Part shown: piece by piece, positions 1 to 8,316 of the stretch
Position numbering within the stretch: position 1 is the stretch's first letter
Layout of the letters: each line of letters begins with the position of its first letter
Source: a virus
Lineage: Duplodnaviria; Caudoviricetes
Reading direction: 5' to 3' (one strand)
Virus record (IMG/VR): IMGVR_UViG_3300043602_000024
Coordinates: 1 to 41,117 of that record
DNA: 41,117 bases
Notes under the pieces: generated by a model
The model's database searches: none
What the model saw: the letters and a program-made list of their open reading frames with translations, nothing else
What the model was told of the DNA's origin: nothing
Translations under genes and position numbers: made by a program

Positions 1-127
1 AGTGCTAGGGTAGGCGTAAAATGTCCGCGATGCTGACGACGCGAGTCCTGCCGTCTGAAGAGTGGCCGCGGCTTGTGGGCACGTCCCTCGAGACGGTGGC
101 TCCGGCGCTGCCGTTCGACTCGACGCA
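1..127 (+). repeat. Terminal direct repeat, copy 1 (likely assembly overlap)
   Basis: Identical to 40991-41117. Confidence 0.97.
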
Positions 128-398
128 GATCATCGTGGTCGAGGACGATGGCGAAGTGGTCGGGTGTTGGGCCCTGATGACCGTGCCGTATGCCGAAGGG
201 TTGTGGATTGCGCCGAAGTATCGCAAGCAGGGTCCGGTCGGGTTGAGACTTTGGCGCAAGATGGTGGAATTGGTGAAGGGATTGCCGGCGTCCGCGATGA
301 TGACCTCAGCGGATACCGACATGATGCGGGACCTGATTGCACGGCGAGGCGGCGTGATGCTGCCGGCGACGGTGCATCTCGTCCCGGTGAGGAAATGA
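21..398 (+). CDS. GNAT-fold protein in the virion module (P22 gp14-like position)
   Basis: VVEDDGEVVG and LWIAPKYRKQG GNAT motif A. Lies between the needle and ejection genes. Confidence 0.8.
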   Translation: MSAMLTTRVLPSEEWPRLVGTSLETVAPALPFDSTQIIVVEDDGEVVGCWALMTVPYAEGLWIAPKYRKQGPVGLRLWRKMVELVKGLPASAMMTSADTDMMRDLIARRGGVMLPATVHLVPVRK

Positions 399-399
399 G

Positions 400-888
400 A
401 TGCCGTTAGCCGCTGCTGCCGCCATTAGTGCCATCGGGGCGATTTCTGCCGCCAAGATGCAGAGTAATTCCAACCGTGACGCGACTCGGATGCAGTCTGA
501 CGCCATGAACAACGCGGGGCGGATTCAAGATGACGCCGCCCGCCGAGCGGAGCAGACCCAACGGGAGCAGCAGGACTACGAGCGGTTTCAGTATGCCTCG
601 CAGCAGCGAGCGCGACAGCCGTATGTGGACTTGAGCAACCGGTCCATGGGCAAGCTCGCCGATATGCTTGGCGTGCCAGGTGGAGGGCCTCAGATGCCCC
701 CACAGATGACGAACAGGGCTCCAGCGAGTGTCAACCCCATGAACTTGTCTGCGTTCTCTGGTGGGGCTCAGACGACTCCAGAGGCGGATACGGTGACGCT
801 ACAAGCGCCAACAGGGGAGATGCGGAAGGTGCCTCGCGGGATGGTGCAGCAGTATGTGAGCCGGGGAGCGAGAGTGATCAATGGCTAG
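400..888 (+). CDS. Internal virion/DNA ejection protein 1
   Basis: Ala/Gly hydrophobic N-terminus, Q-rich coiled coil and QPY motif typical of P22 gp7-like proteins. Synteny supports the call. Confidence 0.75.
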   Translation: MPLAAAAAISAIGAISAAKMQSNSNRDATRMQSDAMNNAGRIQDDAARRAEQTQREQQDYERFQYASQQRARQPYVDLSNRSMGKLADMLGVPGGGPQMPPQMTNRAPASVNPMNLSAFSGGAQTTPEADTVTLQAPTGEMRKVPRGMVQQYVSRGARVING

Positions 889-2002
889 CTGGTTTGATGA
901 TGTCGCCTCGCCGGCCAATAACTTCTATGGCGAGTGGGTGAATCCCCTGCAAGGGATTGATTTCTCCCAAGACCTCGCCGGGAGAGACTTTCACGACCCG
1001 TCGTCACCGGGGTATCAAGCGGCCATCAAGAAGGAGCCGAACTACTACGCTGACCCGACGGCTGTTGAGGCGGTCAAGACCAAGGTCGAAACCTCAACTG
1101 GCGACGAGGTGATGGATTTCGCCCTCGAGCTCAAGCGGAAGTATCCGAACATCACGAATACCGCGGAATACATCGCGAACGCCATTCGGGAGAACGGCGG
1201 ATTTGCGGCGCGGAGTAAGGACTATTGGGAAAACCGGCTGAAACAAGGGGAGAGTTATCAGGGCGGCGGTGGGGGACAGGGCACGCTGCCCGGCATCAAT
1301 ACGCCGCCGATTTCACTGGCGTCCTATACCGCCCCGGCGCCATATAGTTTTCAGCCCTATCAAGCCCCTGCGCCGTTCTCCTATCAAGATTTCCAAGCGC
1401 CGACGCCGTTTAAGGCTCCGACGATGGAAGAGGCCCTGAATGACCCTGGGTATCAATTCGCCTTGAAAGAGGGCGAGGATGCGCTGCAACGGTCAGCGTC
1501 GGCGAAAGGCACGCTCCTGACTGGCGGCACTGGTAAAGACCTCCTGTCCTACGGGCAACGGATGGGCACGCAGCAATACGACAAGGTGTATGGCCGTGAC
1601 CTCGGGGAGTATCAGCAGCACTACCAAGAACTCGCCGATACCTACGACCGGAACCGTGGGAACGCCTTCCAGAACTACACGACGAATGCGAACCTCGGGG
1701 CGCAAGCCTACGGGCTGAACGCGAGCAACTCCCTCGCGGCCTATCAGACGAACTTAGGAGCCGCGCAGAACGCCTACCAGTTCAACAACCAGAACGCCTT
1801 GAATACCTGGGACCGCAACCGGCTGGCGGGGTTGGATGCCTACGGGGCAGGTCAGGATACGTTCAATAACACCTATAAGCTGGCGACGTTAGGGCAGAAC
1901 TCGACCGGGACACCTGACCCGTATACGACGACGATGCCCGACGGTAGTCAGTCGGGGGTCGATCCGCGCACGGGCTTGCCTTACACCTATCGGCCTTACT
2001 AA
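881..2002 (+). CDS. Internal virion/DNA ejection protein 2 (gp7-like motif)
   Basis: PGYQFALKEGEDALQRSASAKGTLLTGG motif, N/Q/Y-rich C-terminus, start overlaps the previous gene. Confidence 0.8.
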   Translation: MASWFDDVASPANNFYGEWVNPLQGIDFSQDLAGRDFHDPSSPGYQAAIKKEPNYYADPTAVEAVKTKVETSTGDEVMDFALELKRKYPNITNTAEYIANAIRENGGFAARSKDYWENRLKQGESYQGGGGGQGTLPGINTPPISLASYTAPAPYSFQPYQAPAPFSYQDFQAPTPFKAPTMEEALNDPGYQFALKEGEDALQRSASAKGTLLTGGTGKDLLSYGQRMGTQQYDKVYGRDLGEYQQHYQELADTYDRNRGNAFQNYTTNANLGAQAYGLNASNSLAAYQTNLGAAQNAYQFNNQNALNTWDRNRLAGLDAYGAGQDTFNNTYKLATLGQNSTGTPDPYTTTMPDGSQSGVDPRTGLPYTYRPY

Positions 2003-3525
2003 TGCCTATTGATATTGCCGGAACCATTCTCGAAGGCGGGCGTCAACGGGCGGGGACGCTCCTCAAGCTCGCCGATATTGCGGCGACCAACCGGGCGCAG
2101 TCTGGGCAGATTTGGGCCGGGGCGCTGAATAACATCGGGTCGACGGTCGCGCAGATGTTTGACCCGGCGAGACGGCAGGCCGCAGAAGTCGGCCGAATGA
2201 AGGTCGAAGAGGCGAAGAGCCAGGCCGAGGACAAGACAGCACTAGCGAACGCCTTTAAGGTTGGGCATAGCAAGGACGAGGTGCTTGAGCTCCTCCGCAA
2301 CTCGCCACACTCCGCAGACCTGATCCCGAAGGTGCAGGAGATGTATGACCAAGCCGACCAACGAGCCGCGACACTCTGGGAATTGAAGCGCAAGACCGCG
2401 TTAGCTGAGGCGAACCATTTAGGGTCGCTCGCGGCAAGCGTGGATGTGTGGAAAAACGACCCGCAGTCCCAGATGTTTGTCTTTGATGCCGGCCTGCAGT
2501 CGGCGCTCGACAGCGGGCTGTATGCCCCGAAGCATATCCAGCAGATTCAAGAGCAAGTCCACGCGAACCCGCAACTGCTGTCGGGGATGATTGCCAAGTT
2601 AATCAGCCAGTCGCCGGAGCAGACGGAACTTGCGGCGAAGAAGGTGGTCGATGCGCGAGCCGCGGCGAAAGATGCCCGCGATGCGGCGTTGTTTGAACCG
2701 CAACTGAATCAAGCGCAAGCCAATGCGTCAGTCGCGCAGCAGGTTGCCGCTGGCACGAAGAACGGCATTTCACCTCAACAGCAGATTCAGAACGCCGCCG
2801 CGGCGGCTCGAGATGCCGCTACGGCAGCCCATCAGAAAGTCATGGAAGGTCGCCCGACCGGGGCCACGGCTCCTGTGGCCGTGATGGGTCCAGACGGGAA
2901 GCCGGTATTCGTGCGGCCTGAGCAAGCCTTCGGCAAGCAGCCAGCGAGCACGCGAGAGCAAGGCCGAGCGGTCACATCTGGTGATGCCGGTCGGATTGCT
3001 GACTATGACACGTCGCTCAAGGACCTCGTGACGTTGCGGTCTGTCGTGGCTCCTCGAAATGCGAAGGGCGAACTCATCGAGCCCGGCGCAACAGGGACGC
3101 TGGCGAAGATTGGCACGGTGCTGCCAAATGCCGTGACAAACCTGATCGGCTGGACGACGCCGAAGTCGAAGCAGGCCACGATTGACCGCGTGAAGCAGGT
3201 TATTGGCAAGGCGCTCGAAGGCGGCGTGCTCCGTAAAGAGGACGAATATAAATACGAGAAGATTCTGCCGACGATTTACGACCCGGTAGATGTCGTCGAG
3301 ACGAAACTCAACGGGCTTGATTCGGCGATTAAGCAACGTCGTCAGACGACTCTTGATGCCCTCGAAGATGCGGGCTACGACGTGTCACGGTTCAACGCGA
3401 GAACCGCGGCGAATGTCGCGCCTCCGCAAGTGCTCTCCGTTGGGCCCGGTCGTCATACGTTTGCGAACGGTCAGACGTGGGATGTGGCTCCTGATGGGAA
3501 GTCTGCGGTGCAGGTTACGAAGTAA
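2002..3525 (+). CDS. Internal virion/DNA ejection protein 3
   Basis: 507 aa, helical and Ala/Gln-rich, TAATG coupling, synteny. Confidence 0.7.
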   Translation: MPIDIAGTILEGGRQRAGTLLKLADIAATNRAQSGQIWAGALNNIGSTVAQMFDPARRQAAEVGRMKVEEAKSQAEDKTALANAFKVGHSKDEVLELLRNSPHSADLIPKVQEMYDQADQRAATLWELKRKTALAEANHLGSLAASVDVWKNDPQSQMFVFDAGLQSALDSGLYAPKHIQQIQEQVHANPQLLSGMIAKLISQSPEQTELAAKKVVDARAAAKDARDAALFEPQLNQAQANASVAQQVAAGTKNGISPQQQIQNAAAAARDAATAAHQKVMEGRPTGATAPVAVMGPDGKPVFVRPEQAFGKQPASTREQGRAVTSGDAGRIADYDTSLKDLVTLRSVVAPRNAKGELIEPGATGTLAKIGTVLPNAVTNLIGWTTPKSKQATIDRVKQVIGKALEGGVLRKEDEYKYEKILPTIYDPVDVVETKLNGLDSAIKQRRQTTLDALEDAGYDVSRFNARTAANVAPPQVLSVGPGRHTFANGQTWDVAPDGKSAVQVTK

Positions 3526-5447
3526 TGCCGCAGAACCCGTGGGCGGTCGTCAAGACAGAACCTCTCCCTGCCGATAGTCCGTGGACGGTCGTCAAGACTG
3601 AGCCCTCTGGGGCGCAGGAAGTCTCGCTGGATATGGGCAAGGTCTCGCCGATACCTGGTCTGATGGGCGAGATAGGCGATGCCCTTGCGGGGTTCTGGCA
3701 TAAGCAGCCGATCCACCCGCTTGATATGGCGATGGCAGTGACGGAACCAGCTCGCCGAGCGATCACCGAGAAGAACCCTCTGTCAGCCGCGAAGCCTGTC
3801 ATTGAGATGGGCGCGTCGATGCTCGAGGAGCAGGGCAAGCCCTTATCCCGAGCGAAAGCCTCGTTTCAGCAAGGCGACGTGATTGGCTCTGCGGGGCATT
3901 TCGTCAACTATCTGCTGCCGATTATCGGGCCGCAGATTGACGACGCGCAGGAACGGTTCAAGGCTGGCAAGCTCTCGATGGGCGGGTTCATCGGGGAGAT
4001 TCTCGGGGTTGGGTCGCAGATTGCGATTCCCGAGGCCATCAAGAACAAGCCGCCGGTCAAGATTGGGGCTGGGCTCAAGAATCCTAATCCCGCCGAAGTT
4101 TCTGCAGTCGAGTTTGGACAGCGGTCAGGTATTCCCGTGGATGCGGCCACGGCGACCGGCAGCAAGTTTGTCGGTGGGGTGCAGGCCGGGGCACAGCGCA
4201 CGAGCCTTCTCGGTTCAACCCTCGGAACGAAGGCCCAAACGGCGCAACAGAACGCCTTATCTCGCGTTGGTGGCGAACTCGCCGACCGAGCGCATCCAAT
4301 CGCGCAAACAGCCGAAGGGGCCGGCGCGGCGATTCAGTCGGGTGTCGGGAAAACCGTTGCGGCCTTCGAGACCGCGGCGGATACCGCCTATACAGCCCTC
4401 CGGCAGATCGAAGCCGACCCGAAGCATACGCAGCGAGTCCAGACCGGGACGAAGACCGTGACGACCGGCACGAATCACGTGACTGGTGCCCCGATTACTA
4501 AGACAGTGCCGGTGATGGAGGACGTGCCACTAGCGGTGGACTTGAGAGCGGTGAAAGCCTCGCTCAAGCCAATCTATGACCGGCTGAGCCGTCAGTATTC
4601 GGTGACGCAACGGCAAGCCTCGCCAGGACTTCAAGCGATTCAGAACATCCTCGATGGGCCTGACTATGCGCCGTTGTCGGTGGCCGATGCGGACCTGAGT
4701 GCGATCAAGGCGCTTTCGAGGACCGACAGCGCCGTGCGGAACGTGGCGCAGGGGACCGCAGGGGCCGCGGTGAAGGCTCTCGATGCCCAAGTCGTAGCTA
4801 GAGCCTCCAAAGCCGGTCCTGACGCCCTCAAGGCCCTCAAGGCGGGCCGAGCGGCCACCATCCAGAAGTATGTCGCGTCAGACCTCCTCGATACGATTCG
4901 AGCGGAGCCGGTCGGGGCGTTTCGTGATGTGACGGCGGCGAACGATGCCCACATCGTGAAGCTACGGCAGATTGACAAGGCGGCTCCTGGGACCGCGGCA
5001 CAGGTCGGTCGGGCGTATCTCGATAGCCTGCTGAACATGGCGCAGGCCGAGGGGGGATTTCAGCGAGCCGCGAAACTCCAAGCGGAGTGGCGCAAGTTGG
5101 GGCCTGAGACGAAGCGGCTGCTATTCAAAGACCCGGCCTATATCCAAGACCTCGATGATTTCTTTCTCCTCGCCAAGCGCATCGGCGACAATCCCAACCC
5201 CAGTGGGTCTGGGTATATGGGTGGACTGATCGGTCGTGCCTATTTGGGGTTCGACCCCATTTCGCAGGTCGGCTATGAACTGACCGGAGCCGCGTTGACG
5301 ACAGCCTTGCACTCTCCCGCGGTGGTGAAGTTACTCACGAAGGGGATGAAACTCCCGGTAAAGTCGGCGATGGGGCCGGCGTGGTTTGGGTCTCTCGTGG
5401 CGGCGACACAAGCTGAGGGGATTCCCCTCGAAGAGGCGAAGCAGTGA
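3525..5447 (+). CDS. Large internal virion/DNA ejection protein 4 (gp16/gp20-like position)
   Basis: 640 aa helical protein with C-terminal NPNPSGSG followed by a Gly-rich hydrophobic segment. Last gene before the tailspike. Confidence 0.72.
   Translation: MPQNPWAVVKTEPLPADSPWTVVKTEPSGAQEVSLDMGKVSPIPGLMGEIGDALAGFWHKQPIHPLDMAMAVTEPARRAITEKNPLSAAKPVIEMGASMLEEQGKPLSRAKASFQQGDVIGSAGHFVNYLLPIIGPQIDDAQERFKAGKLSMGGFIGEILGVGSQIAIPEAIKNKPPVKIGAGLKNPNPAEVSAVEFGQRSGIPVDAATATGSKFVGGVQAGAQRTSLLGSTLGTKAQTAQQNALSRVGGELADRAHPIAQTAEGAGAAIQSGVGKTVAAFETAADTAYTALRQIEADPKHTQRVQTGTKTVTTGTNHVTGAPITKTVPVMEDVPLAVDLRAVKASLKPIYDRLSRQYSVTQRQASPGLQAIQNILDGPDYAPLSVADADLSAIKALSRTDSAVRNVAQGTAGAAVKALDAQVVARASKAGPDALKALKAGRAATIQKYVASDLLDTIRAEPVGAFRDVTAANDAHIVKLRQIDKAAPGTAAQVGRAYLDSLLNMAQAEGGFQRAAKLQAEWRKLGPETKRLLFKDPAYIQDLDDFFLLAKRIGDNPNPSGSGYMGGLIGRAYLGFDPISQVGYELTGAALTTALHSPAVVKLLTKGMKLPVKSAMGPAWFGSLVAATQAEGIPLEEAKQ
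3537..3604 (+). repeat. Tandem peptide repeat PW(A/T)VVKTEP x2
   Basis: ccgtgggcggtcgtcaagacagaacc (3537-3562) and ccgtggacggtcgtcaagactgagcc (3579-3604). Confidence 0.85.
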
Positions 5448-6115
5448 ATCTTACGACCGGCGTCTCAGCCGAACTGGTTCACGCGGTTTGTGGGGTCCAT
5501 CGCACGCTCCAGCGGCCAACCTCGCAGGATACGCCATCGCAGTTTACCGGCATGGATACCGAGGCGACGTGCGGCTTGAGAGAAGGTCTCGCCGTCAGGC
5601 AGGCGTCGATTACGGCAGGTGTTATTGGTCTGCTGGTGTATCGTCGCCCATCTCACATTGCCAGGCGCATAGTGACCATCGTTATCGATGCGGTCAAGGC
5701 TGTGACGAGCGGACGGTCTTGGGCCGACATAGGCCAAGAACGCAGGGAAGTCATTCAGCCATTCAGCAGCCATCGTGATGCCGCGTTGGCCGTATCGGTA
5801 GTAATGCGCGTTCTTAAGGTTGTAACAGCGTCCTTTTGCGGCCTTCCACGCCCAATGTTCAGCGCTTCCAGAACGGCCGTGGGTTCTCGCGTTGTTGCCT
5901 CGTGTTTCGTCTCGAAGGCAGCCGCAACTCTTCAGTTTGCCAGCCCTCACCGCCCATGCCTGACTGATCGCGTCTTGCCCGCAGTCGCACTGACAGACCC
6001 ATTTGAGCGGGTGCGTCTGAGGCACGTATCCGACGACCGTCAAGCGATTGAATCGTTGCCCGAGATAATCAGTCTTAAGATTGGATCGCATAACTCGATT
6101 GGTATTCTAGTATGA
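5444..6115 (+). CDS. Antisense 'bridge' ORF over the HNH gene; product may be non-functional
   Basis: GTGA overlap with the upstream stop and ATGA overlap with the tailspike start. Begins MNLTTGV, matching tailspike MNLQTGV. Confidence 0.45.
   Translation: MNLTTGVSAELVHAVCGVHRTLQRPTSQDTPSQFTGMDTEATCGLREGLAVRQASITAGVIGLLVYRRPSHIARRIVTIVIDAVKAVTSGRSWADIGQERREVIQPFSSHRDAALAVSVVMRVLKVVTASFCGLPRPMFSASRTAVGSRVVASCFVSKAAATLQFASPHRPCLTDRVLPAVALTDPFERVRLRHVSDDRQAIESLPEIISLKIGSHNSIGILV
5465..6091 (-). CDS. HNH-type homing endonuclease
   Basis: GQRFNRLTV, WVCQCDCG, KSCGC, YGQRGI and SLDRIDNDGHYAPGNVRWAT motifs, with a C-terminal HTH. Confidence 0.92.
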   Translation of the reverse strand: MRSNLKTDYLGQRFNRLTVVGYVPQTHPLKWVCQCDCGQDAISQAWAVRAGKLKSCGCLRDETRGNNARTHGRSGSAEHWAWKAAKGRCYNLKNAHYYRYGQRGITMAAEWLNDFPAFLAYVGPRPSARHSLDRIDNDGHYAPGNVRWATIHQQTNNTCRNRRLPDGETFSQAARRLGIHAGKLRWRILRGWPLERAMDPTNRVNQFG

Positions 6116-7629
6116 ATCTTCAAACGGGCGTTGGGTTCATCGACCCCTATGTGCAGTTTCTCGCGGCCGATGGGTCGCCAGTATCTCTCGGCACGCTTGA
6201 GATTTTCCTGGCGAACACGACGACGCACCTGACGACCTACTCTGATCAGGGGCTCTCGTCGGCGAACCAGAACCCGTTAACGCTCGATGCCGGGGGCGGT
6301 TGCACGCTCTATTTCGCGCCAACGAACGTCACGACGACCGAGGGCATCTCAGCTAAATACACCCTGCGTGATTCTGTCGGGGCCACGATTCGCACGGTCG
6401 ATTTCGTGACCTTGCCAGTCGCCACGGCGGCGGGCAACTTGACGACCGCGGTGATTGGCTACGGCGCGATTACCACGGTGACGATTGCTGGCGGGTCGAT
6501 TACCCCGGTGTTCAATCGGCATCTGGTCGCTCCGGAAGGTGGCTCAGCGGACAACCTGGACACGATTGCGATCTCGGGACTCCCTGACGGGGCTCCGCTG
6601 GTGATCAGCAACTCGAGCGGGTCGGCGGCGATTACCGTCCGGTCAGGGATTGGCAATATCAGCCTCGTTGGGGCGGCGTCCTGCATCCTGGCGTCGACGA
6701 CAGATCATCTCGTCGTGATGCGCCGGTCGAGCCAGTGGGAGGAAGTGAGTCGGCAGTTAGCGGCGTCGATTGGGACGACGGTGGACAATACCCAAGCCTC
6801 GGGGCGGTTGACGTTGACCTCGGGGTCTCCGATTACCACGACGGATGTGACGGCGGCGACGACGGTCTACTACTCGCCGTTTATCGGCAATACGATTGCC
6901 CTGTATGACGGGGTGAGCGTCTGGAACGTCCTGTCCTTCTCTGAACTCTCGATTGCGGTGCCGGCGACGACCGCAACGCCCTACGACGTGTTTGCTTACA
7001 ACAACAGCGGCGTGGCCGCGCTCGAGCTCACGGCGTGGACGAACACGACGACGAGGGCGACCGGGCTGACCCGTCAAAACGGCGTGGCGGTGAAGTCTGG
7101 AGCAACCACGAGACGGTATCTCGGCTCGTTCTGCACCACGGGCGTCTCTGGGCAGACGGAAGACTCGCTCGTGAAGCGGTATGTCTGGAACGTCGTCAAC
7201 AAGGCCGCGAGACCGCTCTTCAGGAACGATTCAACGGACACCTGGGCGTATAGCACGGCGACCTACCGGCAGGCCAACGGCGCGGCGGCGAACCAGGTCG
7301 AGACGATGATCGGGATTGCTCAAGATGCCGTGTCGCTCGACCTCTATGCGCTCGTTTCCAGCTCGTCGGCGACACAGTTGGTCTATGTGGCGATTGGGCA
7401 GAACTCGACGACGACGCCGGCCACGGGCGGGATTGGCTATGCCAGCGGGACCTCTGGGGCGGCGGATTTCGTGATGCCGCACGCGCATCTGCGGACCATT
7501 CCTGCGGTCGGGATTACGGCGTGGGTCTGGTTGGAACGTGGGTCAGGAACGGGGACAGAAACATGGCAAGGGGATGGGGGAGCGGCGACGTTGATTCAGT
7601 CGGGGCTCACCGGGATTGTGATGGGGTGA
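6112..7629 (+). CDS. Tailspike/tail fibre with N-terminal particle-binding domain
   Basis: QFLAADGSPV...TTYSDQGLSSANQNPLTLDAGG N-terminus typical of P22-like podovirus spikes; T/S/G-rich beta domains. Confidence 0.85.
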   Translation: MNLQTGVGFIDPYVQFLAADGSPVSLGTLEIFLANTTTHLTTYSDQGLSSANQNPLTLDAGGGCTLYFAPTNVTTTEGISAKYTLRDSVGATIRTVDFVTLPVATAAGNLTTAVIGYGAITTVTIAGGSITPVFNRHLVAPEGGSADNLDTIAISGLPDGAPLVISNSSGSAAITVRSGIGNISLVGAASCILASTTDHLVVMRRSSQWEEVSRQLAASIGTTVDNTQASGRLTLTSGSPITTTDVTAATTVYYSPFIGNTIALYDGVSVWNVLSFSELSIAVPATTATPYDVFAYNNSGVAALELTAWTNTTTRATGLTRQNGVAVKSGATTRRYLGSFCTTGVSGQTEDSLVKRYVWNVVNKAARPLFRNDSTDTWAYSTATYRQANGAAANQVETMIGIAQDAVSLDLYALVSSSSATQLVYVAIGQNSTTTPATGGIGYASGTSGAADFVMPHAHLRTIPAVGITAWVWLERGSGTGTETWQGDGGAATLIQSGLTGIVMG

Positions 7630-7829
7630 TGGAGTTACTCGAGATGGACATTCAGACACGGATCACATTGGCGGCAATGACGGTCGGGGCGATTGTCTGG
7701 CTCGTCCGTCTCGAGGGTCGGGTCAACGGGCACGATGACCTGATTCGGATCATTCGCAGTGACCTGGATTACATTCGGGGCCGGATTGACATGGCGATTC
7801 GTCGACGCGATAACGAGGATCGTGAATGA
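7629..7829 (+). CDS. Single-TM plus coiled-coil lysis-cassette protein
   Basis: ITLAAMTVGAIVWLVRLEGRV TM segment then heptads. TGATG coupling; alternative start at 7644. Confidence 0.65.
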   Translation: MELLEMDIQTRITLAAMTVGAIVWLVRLEGRVNGHDDLIRIIRSDLDYIRGRIDMAIRRRDNEDRE

Positions 7830-8023
7830 AGTCGCTGTTTATCACGAAAACCTTCTGGTATAACGTCCTGTCCGCATTGGGGTTGATTTTGGCGTTGCCG
7901 GAACTGACATCGCTCGTCGGGGTGAACGGGCTCCGATACGTCGTGCTCCTCGGGGCGATCATCAACGTCCTGTTGCGGTGGATGACGACCGAGCCGGTGC
8001 GGATTATGGGGGAGATGAAGTGA
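7826..8023 (+). CDS. Putative holin (2 TM)
   Basis: KTFWYNVL...INVLLRWMTTEPV two-TM pattern, 65 aa, located after the tailspike. Confidence 0.7.
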   Translation: MKSLFITKTFWYNVLSALGLILALPELTSLVGVNGLRYVVLLGAIINVLLRWMTTEPVRIMGEMK

Positions 8024-8316
8024 ACTTGACGCGAGTCCTCTCAGGCGCCCAGTTGACCGACAAGGGCCACGGCAAATACAGCGTCACGATTGCGAACCCG
8101 CTGGATGTGTCCTACGAAGGCCTGCCGCCTGCAGGAACGACGCTGCCGGGGGCCCAAGGTCCCGGGGTGTTCCTGTCGATTCAACCCGATGGCGGGGTCC
8201 AGGCGCGGAAAGAAGCCGGTGCCTGGGAGTCCTGCACCATCTCGGGGAACCTGCTCATCTTCAGCCCTGTGCTTGAGGGTGTGTTTGTCCTGCCGTTTGC
8301 CACGTTCAAGGCATGA
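8020..8316 (+). CDS. Hypothetical beta-rich protein (fascin-like SIQPDG...AGAWE motif)
   Basis: GTGA overlap with the holin, GGAG SD, coupled to the next gene. Confidence 0.6.
   Translation: MNLTRVLSGAQLTDKGHGKYSVTIANPLDVSYEGLPPAGTTLPGAQGPGVFLSIQPDGGVQARKEAGAWESCTISGNLLIFSPVLEGVFVLPFATFKA

Noticed and set aside
5444-6115. Group I intron or intein around the HNH
   Set aside because: Only about 20 nt flank the HNH on each side, too little for a ribozyme core, and there are no intein terminal motifs.
6112-7629. Diversity-generating retroelement acting on fibres
   Set aside because: No reverse transcriptase, and paralogous regions differ at all bases rather than only at adenines.
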